A stretch of 21,295 bases of DNA. Origin: an archaeon (GTDB taxonomy: Archaea; EX4484-52; B79-G9). The translations under genes and the position numbers were made by a program. Location of the stretch: the NCBI GenBank assembly GCA_043813875.1, contig JBDRKP010000073.1, forward strand, positions 1-21,295, in the 5' to 3' direction. This document shows, in pieces, positions 1-8,856 of this stretch. The notes beneath the pieces were generated by a model. That model was not told the origin of the DNA, made no database searches, and worked only from the letters and a program-made list of their open reading frames with translations. Position 1 is the stretch's first letter. The number at the start of each line of letters is the position of its first letter.

Positions 1-186
1 TTTTCTGATATAATTTGGGTTTGAGTGAGAAATTTTACCTGAAATTTTGTCGTAAAACGATTTGACACAAAATTTCTGCTCTGGTTCTGGGAGGAATTTT
101 ACAAAAAATACCCATTATCACGGAAATTTTTGGCAGACCCAATAAATCGATAGTTTTATATACAGGAAATACCCTATAGTTATGTT

Positions 187-1362
187 ATGAGACGAGGTTA
201 CAGTATATCTTCTATAGCAATTATCGCAGTCATAGGCGTAGCGGTTTTAGCGGCGTGGATGAACTATCAATCAACCGCAGGCGTGAAACCCATGGAAAGA
301 ATAGCCGGCGATCAAAGTATTCTGAAAGCGAACATGGAAACCGTAAAAAGCATATCCGAACCCACACTAAAACACGCATCAAACGCAGCGGCATTGGCAA
401 TTGCTGAAAACGGAGGCACCCAAAGTATAGAAAGAGTATGGTTCTGCAACAGTAAGAGATTTCCACCAAACATATATGAAGTAATATATGCTATGAGCAA
501 CGAAACCCTTAACAACCTGAATGCATTCCTCGATGATTCTACAGATATTTTTAGCGAACTAAATGTATATGTAGAACCATACAAATGTGCTGAAATTTAC
601 CCTGAGATGAACGAAACGTGCCCGCTTGGAGCACCACCAGGAAATTACCCAGAGAAATGTGACGGATGGAATCTCACGGCAACAGGCGGCTCCATTTCCA
701 CAGAAGAAGAAGGAAGTAATCACCAATACGTCGGTGACATAAACAGTTACGTTGACAACGACAGATTCTTCTGGATGTATTATAGGCTCAACGAAGCAGA
801 ATTAGAGGATCCGGTACTTATGGACTTCGATCTCATTTTCGCAGATAAAACAAATTGCACAGCCACAGAAGAAAACAAGGAATCATGTTGCGTTAGTGAA
901 GGCAATATTTCAGCCACCTTCAGAGAAATAAAACGTTTGGGAGAAGAAAAATGGAAAGGTCACTTTGACGACTACGTTAAATGCACAATAACAGAAGATT
1001 GCAGAGACAAACACTCATTTTCAGTCAAGATAGAATGTGTAGACACAAAATACAAAATCCCTGGCGGCACAAACGACACTGGAGAAACCTACCTTAAGTG
1101 GGTCATCAAAGAAATGGTCACTTTCGGCTGTGAATTCCCTGCCGGATGTGTCGGAGCAGTAGTTCTCCCCGGCCCTGGTCCAACACCACCACCCACGTTG
1201 TCCGGCTACAAAGACCAAAATATAATAAGTGACATGTACTTTGCCGAAGCTTCAGAATGCAACTCACATTTAAAATGCTTCGACAACCTTAATAAGGACA
1301 CATGCAGACCCCTAGCGGAACAGACAACAGAATATAATCTCTGTTTCGACCCAAACGCATAA
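187..1362 (+). CDS. Cys-rich secreted/surface protein with probable class III (pilin-type) signal peptide
   Basis: 391-aa ORF. N-terminus MRRG|YSISSIAIIAVIGVAVLAAW is basic-basic-G followed by a hydrophobic helix. 16 Cys, several N-x-S/T sequons, Pro-rich linker PGPGPTPPP. TTTTATATA at ~154-162 upstream. Function inferred. Confidence 0.75.
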   Translation: MRRGYSISSIAIIAVIGVAVLAAWMNYQSTAGVKPMERIAGDQSILKANMETVKSISEPTLKHASNAAALAIAENGGTQSIERVWFCNSKRFPPNIYEVIYAMSNETLNNLNAFLDDSTDIFSELNVYVEPYKCAEIYPEMNETCPLGAPPGNYPEKCDGWNLTATGGSISTEEEGSNHQYVGDINSYVDNDRFFWMYYRLNEAELEDPVLMDFDLIFADKTNCTATEENKESCCVSEGNISATFREIKRLGEEKWKGHFDDYVKCTITEDCRDKHSFSVKIECVDTKYKIPGGTNDTGETYLKWVIKEMVTFGCEFPAGCVGAVVLPGPGPTPPPTLSGYKDQNIISDMYFAEASECNSHLKCFDNLNKDTCRPLAEQTTEYNLCFDPNA

Positions 1363-1377
1363 TAGCGGTTTTTCATT

Positions 1378-2607
1378 ATGAAGAAAGGTCAGACAATTGA
1401 AATTCTCGGGTTTCTAGCCTTAGTGGTCGTAGTCATCATTTCTACTCTGGGCCTGAAATTAGTGACCGTCGATCAGAAATCAGACGTGTTAGAACTCGCT
1501 CAGGAATCACAGGAAATTGAAAGCTTCAACTCCGGAGCCAAGACAATAATGGTCATCACCGAACCCAACACAAAGAAGACTTTTGTAGAACTCATGGGCC
1601 TTGTTGGCTTTTTTGAAAGAGACATCGTAGATGTCGGACCGACAGACCACCCTACAACAATAAACGTCAGCGAAGAACTCACACAAAAGCTTGACCTCAT
1701 TTACGGCAAAGGACATTGGCAAATGGAAATACCATACACACCCAGATACGAGATATATGTTATTCTTCTCTTGGACACCTCACTCAGCATGGAAGACGAA
1801 ATTAAGAAGATTAAAGAGAACATAGTCGAAATAATGGATGAAGTGGATAAATCAACAAATCTACGCATAGCCTACAAGTTTTATTTCCTTCCGACAACCA
1901 GCGAGTATTACAAAGACTTATTCAATATTATTGTAAGAAATAACCCTAACTTTAAAACATACACCGCAAACTGCGTTACTGGTGGTGCAAAAAATGAAGA
2001 ATGGGCAAGAGGCATGAATTGTATAATTAACGAGAATTATGAATCCTGGAGTAAAGTAAGCGCCAAAGTAGGCATCATACTCTCTGACGAGCCTACAGGT
2101 GGATGCGAAGATTGCGGTTGCAAGCGTGCTAATGTTATGGAGAATTGTTGCTCAAATCCACCAGATGCATGCCAAGACGATGCCAACTTCGGTCCTCCAA
2201 TGAGCGGTGAATGTACAACAAAAATGAACGACATTTCAACACTGTCAACCACAGCAAATAAGCCAGAAATAAATATGAACATATTCACATTGCAGGCGAA
2301 CGCTTGCGACAGAGGCCCCTACTGTAGCGTAGGTTCAGTACCATATACATGCGCTGGAAGAGAAGAACTAACATATTTCATGGACGAAATATCAACCCGC
2401 ACAAACGCACAAAGATACGACATAGAGAACATAAATAACATACCCGACGCAATCAAAAACATTGTGCTAAGCCAACCCATCCCAAAAAAATCACTCCTAT
2501 TAGGCACCACCCCGCCGATCGGCAAAAGAGTCCGCAGCCACCTGATACCCACCCCAACACCCATACCAGGCCATTACGTTAACGTCGTCCTGAAACAATG
2601 GAGTTAA
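1378..2607 (+). CDS. Pilin-like surface protein with vWA (MIDAS) domain, putative adhesin
   Basis: MKKG|QTIEILGFLALVVVVII class III-like signal. VILLLDTSLSM is a vWA DxSxS motif and IILSDEP the second MIDAS Asp strand. 12 Cys clustered in the vWA region. Starts 15 bp after the previous ORF (probable operon). Confidence 0.8.
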   Translation: MKKGQTIEILGFLALVVVVIISTLGLKLVTVDQKSDVLELAQESQEIESFNSGAKTIMVITEPNTKKTFVELMGLVGFFERDIVDVGPTDHPTTINVSEELTQKLDLIYGKGHWQMEIPYTPRYEIYVILLLDTSLSMEDEIKKIKENIVEIMDEVDKSTNLRIAYKFYFLPTTSEYYKDLFNIIVRNNPNFKTYTANCVTGGAKNEEWARGMNCIINENYESWSKVSAKVGIILSDEPTGGCEDCGCKRANVMENCCSNPPDACQDDANFGPPMSGECTTKMNDISTLSTTANKPEINMNIFTLQANACDRGPYCSVGSVPYTCAGREELTYFMDEISTRTNAQRYDIENINNIPDAIKNIVLSQPIPKKSLLLGTTPPIGKRVRSHLIPTPTPIPGHYVNVVLKQWS

Positions 2608-2818
2608 AAGACAGATTCATCTTCTAACATACAAACAAGTCGCTGTTGCACAAGCCATATTTAATTCCGGCGATGATACCGTTTTAATTGATTTCTAATA
2701 ACTTTACTAAATCAACAGCAATAAGACCAAATCTCAAATCATGCAAAAGCACCTGCAGACAAAAAATAAAGACAAGACATTTAATATTATTCATCCATCC
2801 ATTTATCTGGTGATGATA

Positions 2819-3163
2819 ATGATACCGAAAATGAATCCAAGACAGATGGAAAAGATGATGAAACAGATGGGCATCAAAAGCGAAAACATAGAAGCTGAAG
2901 AAGTAGTCATAAGATGCGCTGACAAAGAAATGATAATCACAAACCCAAGCATCCAGAAAGTCAACATGATGGGCCAGGTCTCATTCCAGATATCCGGCGA
3001 ACTCAGCGAAAGAGAGATAAACGAAGATGCACCTAAATACACCGACGACGACATCCAGATGGTGATGGACCAGACAAACTGCGAAAAAAACGAAGCTATA
3101 GACGCCTTGAAAGAAACCGACGGCGACATCGCAGAAGCGATACTCATACTCACAAAAGGCTAG
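2819..3163 (+). CDS. nac: Archaeal nascent polypeptide-associated complex protein
   Basis: MNPRQMEKMMKQMGI...AEEVVI...PSIQKVNMMGQVSFQISG plus a C-terminal UBA-like DDIQMVMDQT...GDIAEAIL. Start moved from 2741 to ATG 2819, which follows a GGTGA SD-like site at 2809-2813. Confidence 0.95.
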   Translation: MIPKMNPRQMEKMMKQMGIKSENIEAEEVVIRCADKEMIITNPSIQKVNMMGQVSFQISGELSEREINEDAPKYTDDDIQMVMDQTNCEKNEAIDALKETDGDIAEAILILTKG

Positions 3164-4103
3164 ACTTCATAAACCGGACAGCCCGGTGGACAGAATCAGA
3201 AGAATCATATTTCGGCGTATAACCGGATGCAATCAACTTCTCAATAGAAAGCTGCATGACCTTCACATCACCCCTCCATCCTCGCCCGCCATCAACACCA
3301 CCAGTATACCTGAACTTGACATCCTTCAACCCAAGTTCAGTTGCAACAATATGTGCAAGCTCAGTGACAGTAATCATATCACAAGAGCCGACATTATATA
3401 TCCCTACCTTATCATCACGCAACTTTTCAGTATGAATCATCGCATCAACACAGTCATCCACAAGAAAATAAGACTTATTCTGCCTGCCGTCACCGAGAAT
3501 CTCAAGCTCGTGCGGATTCCTCTGAAGCTTATTCACAAAATCAAAAATAACCCCATGGGTACCACGTTTGCCGACGCAGTTAGCAAACCGGTATATCACA
3601 GAAGACATACCAAACGTATAACAATAAGAGGAAATAAGAGCCTCACATGCAAGCTTAGACGCCCCGTAAAGCGAAATAGGGACACAAGGCCCATAATCCT
3701 CCCTTGTCGGTATAACCGAAGCCTCCCCATAAACAGTAGACGTCGAAGTAAAAGCGATTCGATTCACCCCAGTCTTCCTCATAGCCTCAAGAACATTATA
3801 AGTAGCCATCACATTCTGCTCAAGATGCGTCTTTGTGTCCCCCACACCAACCCTCACATCCGGATTAGCCGCAAGATGCCACACAATATCAGCACCTTTG
3901 ATTCCCTTCAGAAGCGCCTTGGCATCAAGAAGATCCCCGTCAATGATCTTCAGGCGGGGATTATCAATAAATTCAGAAAGAAACTCGCGTCTGCCAGCCG
4001 AGAAATTATCATAGACAACGACCTTATCCTTGCCAGATGAAAGCAGCTTCTCACACAGATTACTGCCGATAAAACCCGCGCCGCCAGTCAGGAAATGAAT
4101 CAT
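3150..4103 (-). CDS. NAD-dependent epimerase/dehydratase (extended SDR, UDP-glucose 4-epimerase-like)
   Basis: TGGAGFIGS, HLAANPDV, STSTVYG, YGASK (YxxxK), GDGRQNKSY, GWRGDV. ATG 4103 chosen; GTG 4112 is possible. Convergent 14-bp overlap with nac. Confidence 0.92.
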   Translation of the reverse strand: MIHFLTGGAGFIGSNLCEKLLSSGKDKVVVYDNFSAGRREFLSEFIDNPRLKIIDGDLLDAKALLKGIKGADIVWHLAANPDVRVGVGDTKTHLEQNVMATYNVLEAMRKTGVNRIAFTSTSTVYGEASVIPTREDYGPCVPISLYGASKLACEALISSYCYTFGMSSVIYRFANCVGKRGTHGVIFDFVNKLQRNPHELEILGDGRQNKSYFLVDDCVDAMIHTEKLRDDKVGIYNVGSCDMITVTELAHIVATELGLKDVKFRYTGGVDGGRGWRGDVKVMQLSIEKLIASGYTPKYDSSDSVHRAVRFMKSSLL

Positions 4104-4123
4104 AAAGTCCACAAGACACTATT

Positions 4124-5584
4124 TCATCGTCTGAGATGCTCAACAACCTTCGCAAAAGCAGGCCTTGTCACAAGCACCCCTATAAGCACGCCGACAATCG
4201 TTGTAAACGCAAATCCCCTGACACCGCCAGCACCGACACTAAGAAGCGGCACCATGACAGCGATAGTCGTAGCCGCGGACGCAAATATGATGAAGAACGC
4301 ACGCTGCATCTTTCGCTTCATACTAAGTTCATCCTTCTTGCGCCTCTCACTTTCATCAGTGATGATGATTTGATCATCAACGCCGCTACCGATAGCAGCG
4401 ATTATGCCGGCAATAGCCGCAAGATCAATAGTCCAGTGGATGAAAGCAGCAAACCCGAAAATCAGCAACACTTCAGTACAGGACGTCAGGATTATCGGAA
4501 TGACTATCCTCTGATCCTTATACCTTAAATAAATAACAATACTTATAGCGACAATCGCAAACAGGATCGCGAGTACAGCAGTATTAATGAACCGCTCCCC
4601 AAGAGAAGGCGATATAGAGTTCATCTGGACAATCTCAATCTCAGTCGGCAACGCACCAGACTCAAGTATAGACTGCAACTGGTTCATCTTTTTATATGCA
4701 TCATCTCTCGAATCGCCAGGCCCGCTTATCTGGATATCCGGCTGCGCCTTTCCCTGCAAATCAGAGGATATCCTCAAAGAATCAACCAGATCACCATCAA
4801 GATAAAGATCAATATTGCTGGATAGGTAACTGCTGCCACTCGAAAATTCAGTTGAAAGATCACTTGTTACCGTCGCAAACCGTTCTGCAGCCTCGCGCGA
4901 CAGCGTGATTGAGAACTGGAACTGCCAGCTGTCACCAGCCCCGGTTATCCTTGTATGCTGAGCATCATCAAAAACCTGTTTCACATCCTCGCCGGCTATC
5001 ACAAATGCCCTCAAAGTCACGACATCATCTGCCGTCTTATTGACATACTTCAGTTTTATCCCGCCAAGCTCGATATCATCACCAGCTTTCAATATGACAT
5101 CATTTATCTTTATCGCATCATCCTTGGTCAGATACTCGACATCATACGGCTTCTTATTGAAATTAAACTTAGCAGCGCCATCCTTAAGAGTGATATTCCT
5201 GTCAATCGTAGCCTCGAACTTACCCTGGCGCTCGATAAGCTCCCTCAGCTCCTTTTCATCAGCACCAGCCATCTCAAGCTGCACATACCACTTGCCATCA
5301 ATCTGCACCGGACGCATCTGCTTCTCCTTCACACCATAAGAATCAATCCTCCTCTCAAGCACATTGATGGTTTTCCTGAGAGTATCATCACTCGATTCCT
5401 CAAGGAAAATCAATGCCCTTGCACCACCCTTCATATCTATGCCCTGCGGTATATTCGTATGGATAGCCAATGTCCCATCAGTGTTCTGCCCTATACTGGG
5501 CCCTATGGCGATTAAAGCAAAAAATATCAATACCAGTACAATGATGATCCTCGGTTCCTTCAGGAGCTGTTTTAGATTAATCAT
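4124..5584 (-). CDS. secD: Protein translocase subunit SecD
   Basis: GIDMKGG after TM1, large extracytoplasmic domain, LESGALP, ISPSLG, IAAIGSGVDDQIII, VRGFAFTTIVG, TRPAF. Confidence 0.95.
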   Translation of the reverse strand: MINLKQLLKEPRIIIVLVLIFFALIAIGPSIGQNTDGTLAIHTNIPQGIDMKGGARALIFLEESSDDTLRKTINVLERRIDSYGVKEKQMRPVQIDGKWYVQLEMAGADEKELRELIERQGKFEATIDRNITLKDGAAKFNFNKKPYDVEYLTKDDAIKINDVILKAGDDIELGGIKLKYVNKTADDVVTLRAFVIAGEDVKQVFDDAQHTRITGAGDSWQFQFSITLSREAAERFATVTSDLSTEFSSGSSYLSSNIDLYLDGDLVDSLRISSDLQGKAQPDIQISGPGDSRDDAYKKMNQLQSILESGALPTEIEIVQMNSISPSLGERFINTAVLAILFAIVAISIVIYLRYKDQRIVIPIILTSCTEVLLIFGFAAFIHWTIDLAAIAGIIAAIGSGVDDQIIITDESERRKKDELSMKRKMQRAFFIIFASAATTIAVMVPLLSVGAGGVRGFAFTTIVGVLIGVLVTRPAFAKVVEHLRR

Positions 5585-6459
5585 CTCTTTGTCATCTCCT
5601 TATTCTCCATATATAATTTCAGGATCCCGACATTCTGTAGCCATGTAAAAGGAATATCCGCAAGTAAACCCAGGATAATGACAAGCGCAATATCATCAAG
5701 CACAGGCGAACTGGACACAAGAAACAATATAGCCATCGCGACAATCGAAGTGACCGACATGGTAATTCCAGTCTTCATTGACGACTTTATACGATCATCA
5801 AGAGTATTTTCCCCCCTCCTCTTAATGACCCGGGTAGAAAGCAGAATATCAGTATCAATGGAATAGCCCATGAGTATCAAAAGACCTGCAAGCGTCCCCA
5901 TGCTAAGCTGGATGCCCAACAGGTTCATGCCGACAACAGCAAGAGTTATATCCGAGACACCGGCAAGTATTACAGCAACTGAAGGGACAAAATCCCGAAA
6001 AGTTATGAACACAACAATAGCCATTGCGATAAACGCGACAACGATTGCAGTAAGCGCCTGATTCCAGAATGCCTGACCGAGTGCCGCCCCGATGGACTGC
6101 GAACTCTTGCCAACGACATCAATACCCAGTTCGAGAACAAGCACATCTATTTCGTCCGACGTCACTTCCCTGTCAGTCTCAATGACCAGGGTATTAGTGA
6201 CACCGCCAAGAAGTCTCACTCCGGTTGACGTACCGAATTTGCTCTGTACGATGCCTGTGACATAGCCTATATCAACATCACCGCTAAATTCTATCGCAAT
6301 CTGGGTGCCCGACTTGAAATCGATGCTCCTTTCAACAATTTCACCCGTCTGAAAATACTTGAAACCCAGGAACAATACACCAAAAGCAAGCAGTAGCAGT
6401 GATATTATCAGCATTTTTCTCGGGTTACCGACAATATAATCAATTATTTTCTCAATCAT
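5581..6459 (-). CDS. secF: Protein translocase subunit SecF
   Basis: SIDFKSGT, IGAALG, FRDFVPS, LAGLLILMGYSIDTDILLSTR, TWLQNVGIL. Overlaps the secD start (ATGA). ATG 6459 preferred given TTTATAAA at 6494-6487; ATG 6468 and GTG 6480 are alternatives. Confidence 0.95.
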   Translation of the reverse strand: MIEKIIDYIVGNPRKMLIISLLLLAFGVLFLGFKYFQTGEIVERSIDFKSGTQIAIEFSGDVDIGYVTGIVQSKFGTSTGVRLLGGVTNTLVIETDREVTSDEIDVLVLELGIDVVGKSSQSIGAALGQAFWNQALTAIVVAFIAMAIVVFITFRDFVPSVAVILAGVSDITLAVVGMNLLGIQLSMGTLAGLLILMGYSIDTDILLSTRVIKRRGENTLDDRIKSSMKTGITMSVTSIVAMAILFLVSSSPVLDDIALVIILGLLADIPFTWLQNVGILKLYMENKEMTKR

Positions 6460-6629
6460 AATAGACATCAATTTTGGCACAAGGTTTTATAAATGTTTTA
6501 TTTTATGCACAGAACCATCTGCATGTTAACATACCAACTGCTAAAGCAAATAATTAACAGAACATAGAAAAAGAGATATCGTGAAGACATAGGTAACACA
6601 GAGAACGTTACCCAGACATCACATATATT

Positions 6630-6635
6630 AAAAAA
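6630..6635 (-). terminator. Oligo-T archaeal terminator candidate after the sORF
   Basis: TTTTTT directly after the stop codon on the minus strand. Confidence 0.4.
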
Positions 6636-6740
6636 TCACATCACGCGGAACTCAATCATCTTATTTATCCTCTTGACCTCTTTCCAGTTGCCTCTTGTAG
6701 CCATCTGCCTTTTCATTTCCCTAAGTTGTTCGATTTCCAT
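6636..6740 (-). CDS. Small 34-aa basic protein (MEIEQLREMKRQMATRGNWKEVKRINKMIEFRVM), not in the ORF track
   Basis: Read manually. ATG 6740, GGGGTG SD-like site ~8 nt upstream, TGA at 6638-6636 followed by T6. Helical-looking charged sequence. Confidence 0.6.
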   Translation of the reverse strand: MEIEQLREMKRQMATRGNWKEVKRINKMIEFRVM

Positions 6741-6786
6741 ATCAAATACACCCCTACCCTCTTCTATTATCATATGCCTAAACCAT

Positions 6787-6814
6787 CATCTAGATTAGCC
6801 CATCTAGATTAGCC
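6787..6814. repeat. Perfect 14-bp tandem duplication CATCTAGATTAGCC x2
   Basis: 6787-6800 is identical to 6801-6814. Confidence 0.95.
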
Positions 6815-6869
6815 TAACATATCTCGTTTGTTTTATCGTCCCGTTGGGACTCTCTTCAAGAAAGAGTCG

Positions 6870-6904
6870 TTAATTCCCTATATCCTATTATCTTAATTCC
6901 CTAT
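6870..6904. repeat. Perfect 12-bp direct repeat TTAATTCCCTAT x2
   Basis: 6870-6881 and 6893-6904, with an 11-bp spacer. Confidence 0.9.
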
Positions 6905-6934
6905 TATTAAGATGTTATATATTAACCATTCTCA

Positions 6935-6950
6935 CATATAAATATTTCGC
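6935..6950 (-). promoter_or_regulatory. BRE-TATA promoter candidate for the sORF transcript
   Basis: Minus strand reads GCGAAATATTTATATG, a purine-rich BRE followed by TTTATA. Confidence 0.5.
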
Positions 6951-6991
6951 TAGTCAAGTATATTATTTATTAGCCAAGATCAGTCATCAAA

Positions 6992-7618
6992 TCAGTCATC
7001 AAAAAATCCCATTGGCTTCCACTCATGCTCTTTTTCATCCTTTTTGATTGGAGGTCGCTCTAGAGGCGCACTTTGAGTCTGTCCGACTGATGACATTGGC
7101 GAATATCCGGTATTTTGCATATAAGGCGAACTGGCAATGTTTTGAGGGTTTTGTGGCGCATTATTCGGCGGGTAATTTGGCGTGCTTTGTGAATATGGCG
7201 AGGAATATGACGAAGATGAATAAGGGGATTGCTGTGTTGGCGTTGTCTCCGGCCTGGGCTCTCTGTCAACAGCGATATGAGACAGATCCAGATATTTATT
7301 CTGGAGTTCAGAAGAACCAAACGATGCAGCCGGCTTCGGATCAGGCTGGAAAGATTTCTCCACAGACTCAAGATCGACTTTAGATGGCTCTCTTTTAGAA
7401 CCGCCATAATTGAAAAGATAATCAAACTTCGAACGGACAGAAGATGTAGAATCCCTTCTCTGCTCTCTCACCCTTTTACCTGAAAGATCCCTCTCATCAG
7501 AATCATTATGCTTGATCCGGATATATCCTTTAGGCCTCTTGCGATACGTTTTTAGAAGCTCAAAAAATATCGCGCCAAATAGGAACGAAACTATTGCAAT
7601 AGTTAGTGTGTCTGCCAT
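6992..7618 (-). CDS. Hypothetical single-TM protein with a long S/P/Q/Y-rich disordered tail
   Basis: N-terminal TM (TLTIAIVSFLFGAIFF) followed by KTYRKRPK, a low-complexity region and a C-terminal WKPMGFFDD. ATG 7618 preferred over TTG 7624. Confidence 0.7.
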   Translation of the reverse strand: MADTLTIAIVSFLFGAIFFELLKTYRKRPKGYIRIKHNDSDERDLSGKRVREQRRDSTSSVRSKFDYLFNYGGSKREPSKVDLESVEKSFQPDPKPAASFGSSELQNKYLDLSHIAVDREPRPETTPTQQSPYSSSSYSSPYSQSTPNYPPNNAPQNPQNIASSPYMQNTGYSPMSSVGQTQSAPLERPPIKKDEKEHEWKPMGFFDD

Positions 7619-7761
7619 AGACAATTATAGGTGTTCGCTGTATTTATTATTTTCTATTGATACAACAAATATAGAGAAAATATACCCATAATTATCGGGC
7701 TTTTTCGTAAAATTTATGTCTTTGACCATAATTACTTTAATTTTCGCCATAATCTTTTCTT

Positions 7762-8835
7762 ATGGACCACGACTATGACGTATTGATCATCGGCGCAGGC
7801 CCCATCGGCTCATCCCTTGCCTGCAAACTCAAATCATCCGGCCTGAAAGTAGCCATCACCGACAAAAAAAAGATAATCGGCAAACATGCCTGCTCAGGAC
7901 TCTTCAGCAAAAGGATTACAGAATACTTCGACCTTGACAGCGATCTTATAGAAAACACAATAGAAGGCGCAACCTTCCACACGCGAAACATCGCCTTTGA
8001 AGTCAACAAAAAAAAGACCGAGGCACTCGTGATAGACAGGGTCAGGTTCGACCGGTTCATCTTCAAAAAAGTACTGGACTGCGAAGTCGACACGATCATG
8101 GATTCAGGATTCCGCTCCTGCAGGAGCACAAAAGACGGCTTTGAATCCATCCTTGACACAGAAAGCAGCATAAAGAAAGTCACATCACGTCTCCTCATAG
8201 GCGCAGACGGCGCAGCAAGCACAGTCCGGCGCTCACTCGGCCTGAAAGGCGACCTGAACTTCGTAAACGGCATATTATCCTATTACCCCATAAAAGACAG
8301 TTCCCCCTTAGTCGAACTATACTACAGCCCACACATCGCCCCCGGCTTCTTCGCATGGAAGATACCAAGAGGCACAAGAACCGAATACGGCCTTGCGACA
8401 GACACAAACCACAACCACATAGAATACTTCAAAAAATTCCTAGCCGGATTCAACCTCCCCTTAAAACAATTCCACACCCACCCGATATGCTACGGCAACC
8501 AAAAGACAGTAGCAGACAACGCCCTCCTCATAGGCGACGCAGCAGCACAGGTAAAACCATTCTCCGGCGGAGGCGTGATATACGGCCTCATATGCGCGGA
8601 CATAGCCGCAAAAGCAATAAGCCATGCATTCGACAAACAAGACCTCACAAAACAATTCCTAAAAACCCGCTACGAAGACATATGGAAAAAAAAGCTAATG
8701 CCCAAAATTGAGATCGGCTTAGGCATCAGAAACATATTGAACAGCCTGAGCGACCGCGAACTCGACACATTCTTCAGCATGCTAAAAGACCAGAAATCCA
8801 AAATAGAATCCTTGGGCGACATGGACTTCTTATAA
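7762..8835 (+). CDS. Geranylgeranyl reductase family FAD-dependent oxidoreductase
   Basis: DVLIIGAGPIG, HACSG, IDRVRFDR, IGADGAAS, FFAWKIP, LIGDAAAQVKPFSGGGV. Confidence 0.9.
   Translation: MDHDYDVLIIGAGPIGSSLACKLKSSGLKVAITDKKKIIGKHACSGLFSKRITEYFDLDSDLIENTIEGATFHTRNIAFEVNKKKTEALVIDRVRFDRFIFKKVLDCEVDTIMDSGFRSCRSTKDGFESILDTESSIKKVTSRLLIGADGAASTVRRSLGLKGDLNFVNGILSYYPIKDSSPLVELYYSPHIAPGFFAWKIPRGTRTEYGLATDTNHNHIEYFKKFLAGFNLPLKQFHTHPICYGNQKTVADNALLIGDAAAQVKPFSGGGVIYGLICADIAAKAISHAFDKQDLTKQFLKTRYEDIWKKKLMPKIEIGLGIRNILNSLSDRELDTFFSMLKDQKSKIESLGDMDFL
8800..8835 (+). repeat. Direct repeat copy 1 (att-like), the last 36 bp of the reductase gene
   Basis: AAAATAGAATCCTTGGGCGACATGGACTTCTTATAA; 33/36 identical to 9830-9865. 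Confidence 0.95.
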
Positions 8836-8856
8836 TCACAGCCAATAACCGCGAAA

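Noticed and set aside
2642..2719. Short inverted repeats (GCTGTTG/CAACAGC, TTGATTT/AAATCAA)
   Set aside because: 7-bp arms are compatible with chance; no tRNA or other recognisable fold.
3186..4040. 284-aa + strand ORF
   Set aside because: Antisense shadow of the epimerase with no motifs; explained by skewed codon usage.
4124..6459. secF preceding secD
   Set aside because: Usual archaeal order; not unusual.
6787..6904. CRISPR-like array
   Set aside because: Only pairs of 12-14-bp repeats without spacer periodicity; no cas genes in the window.
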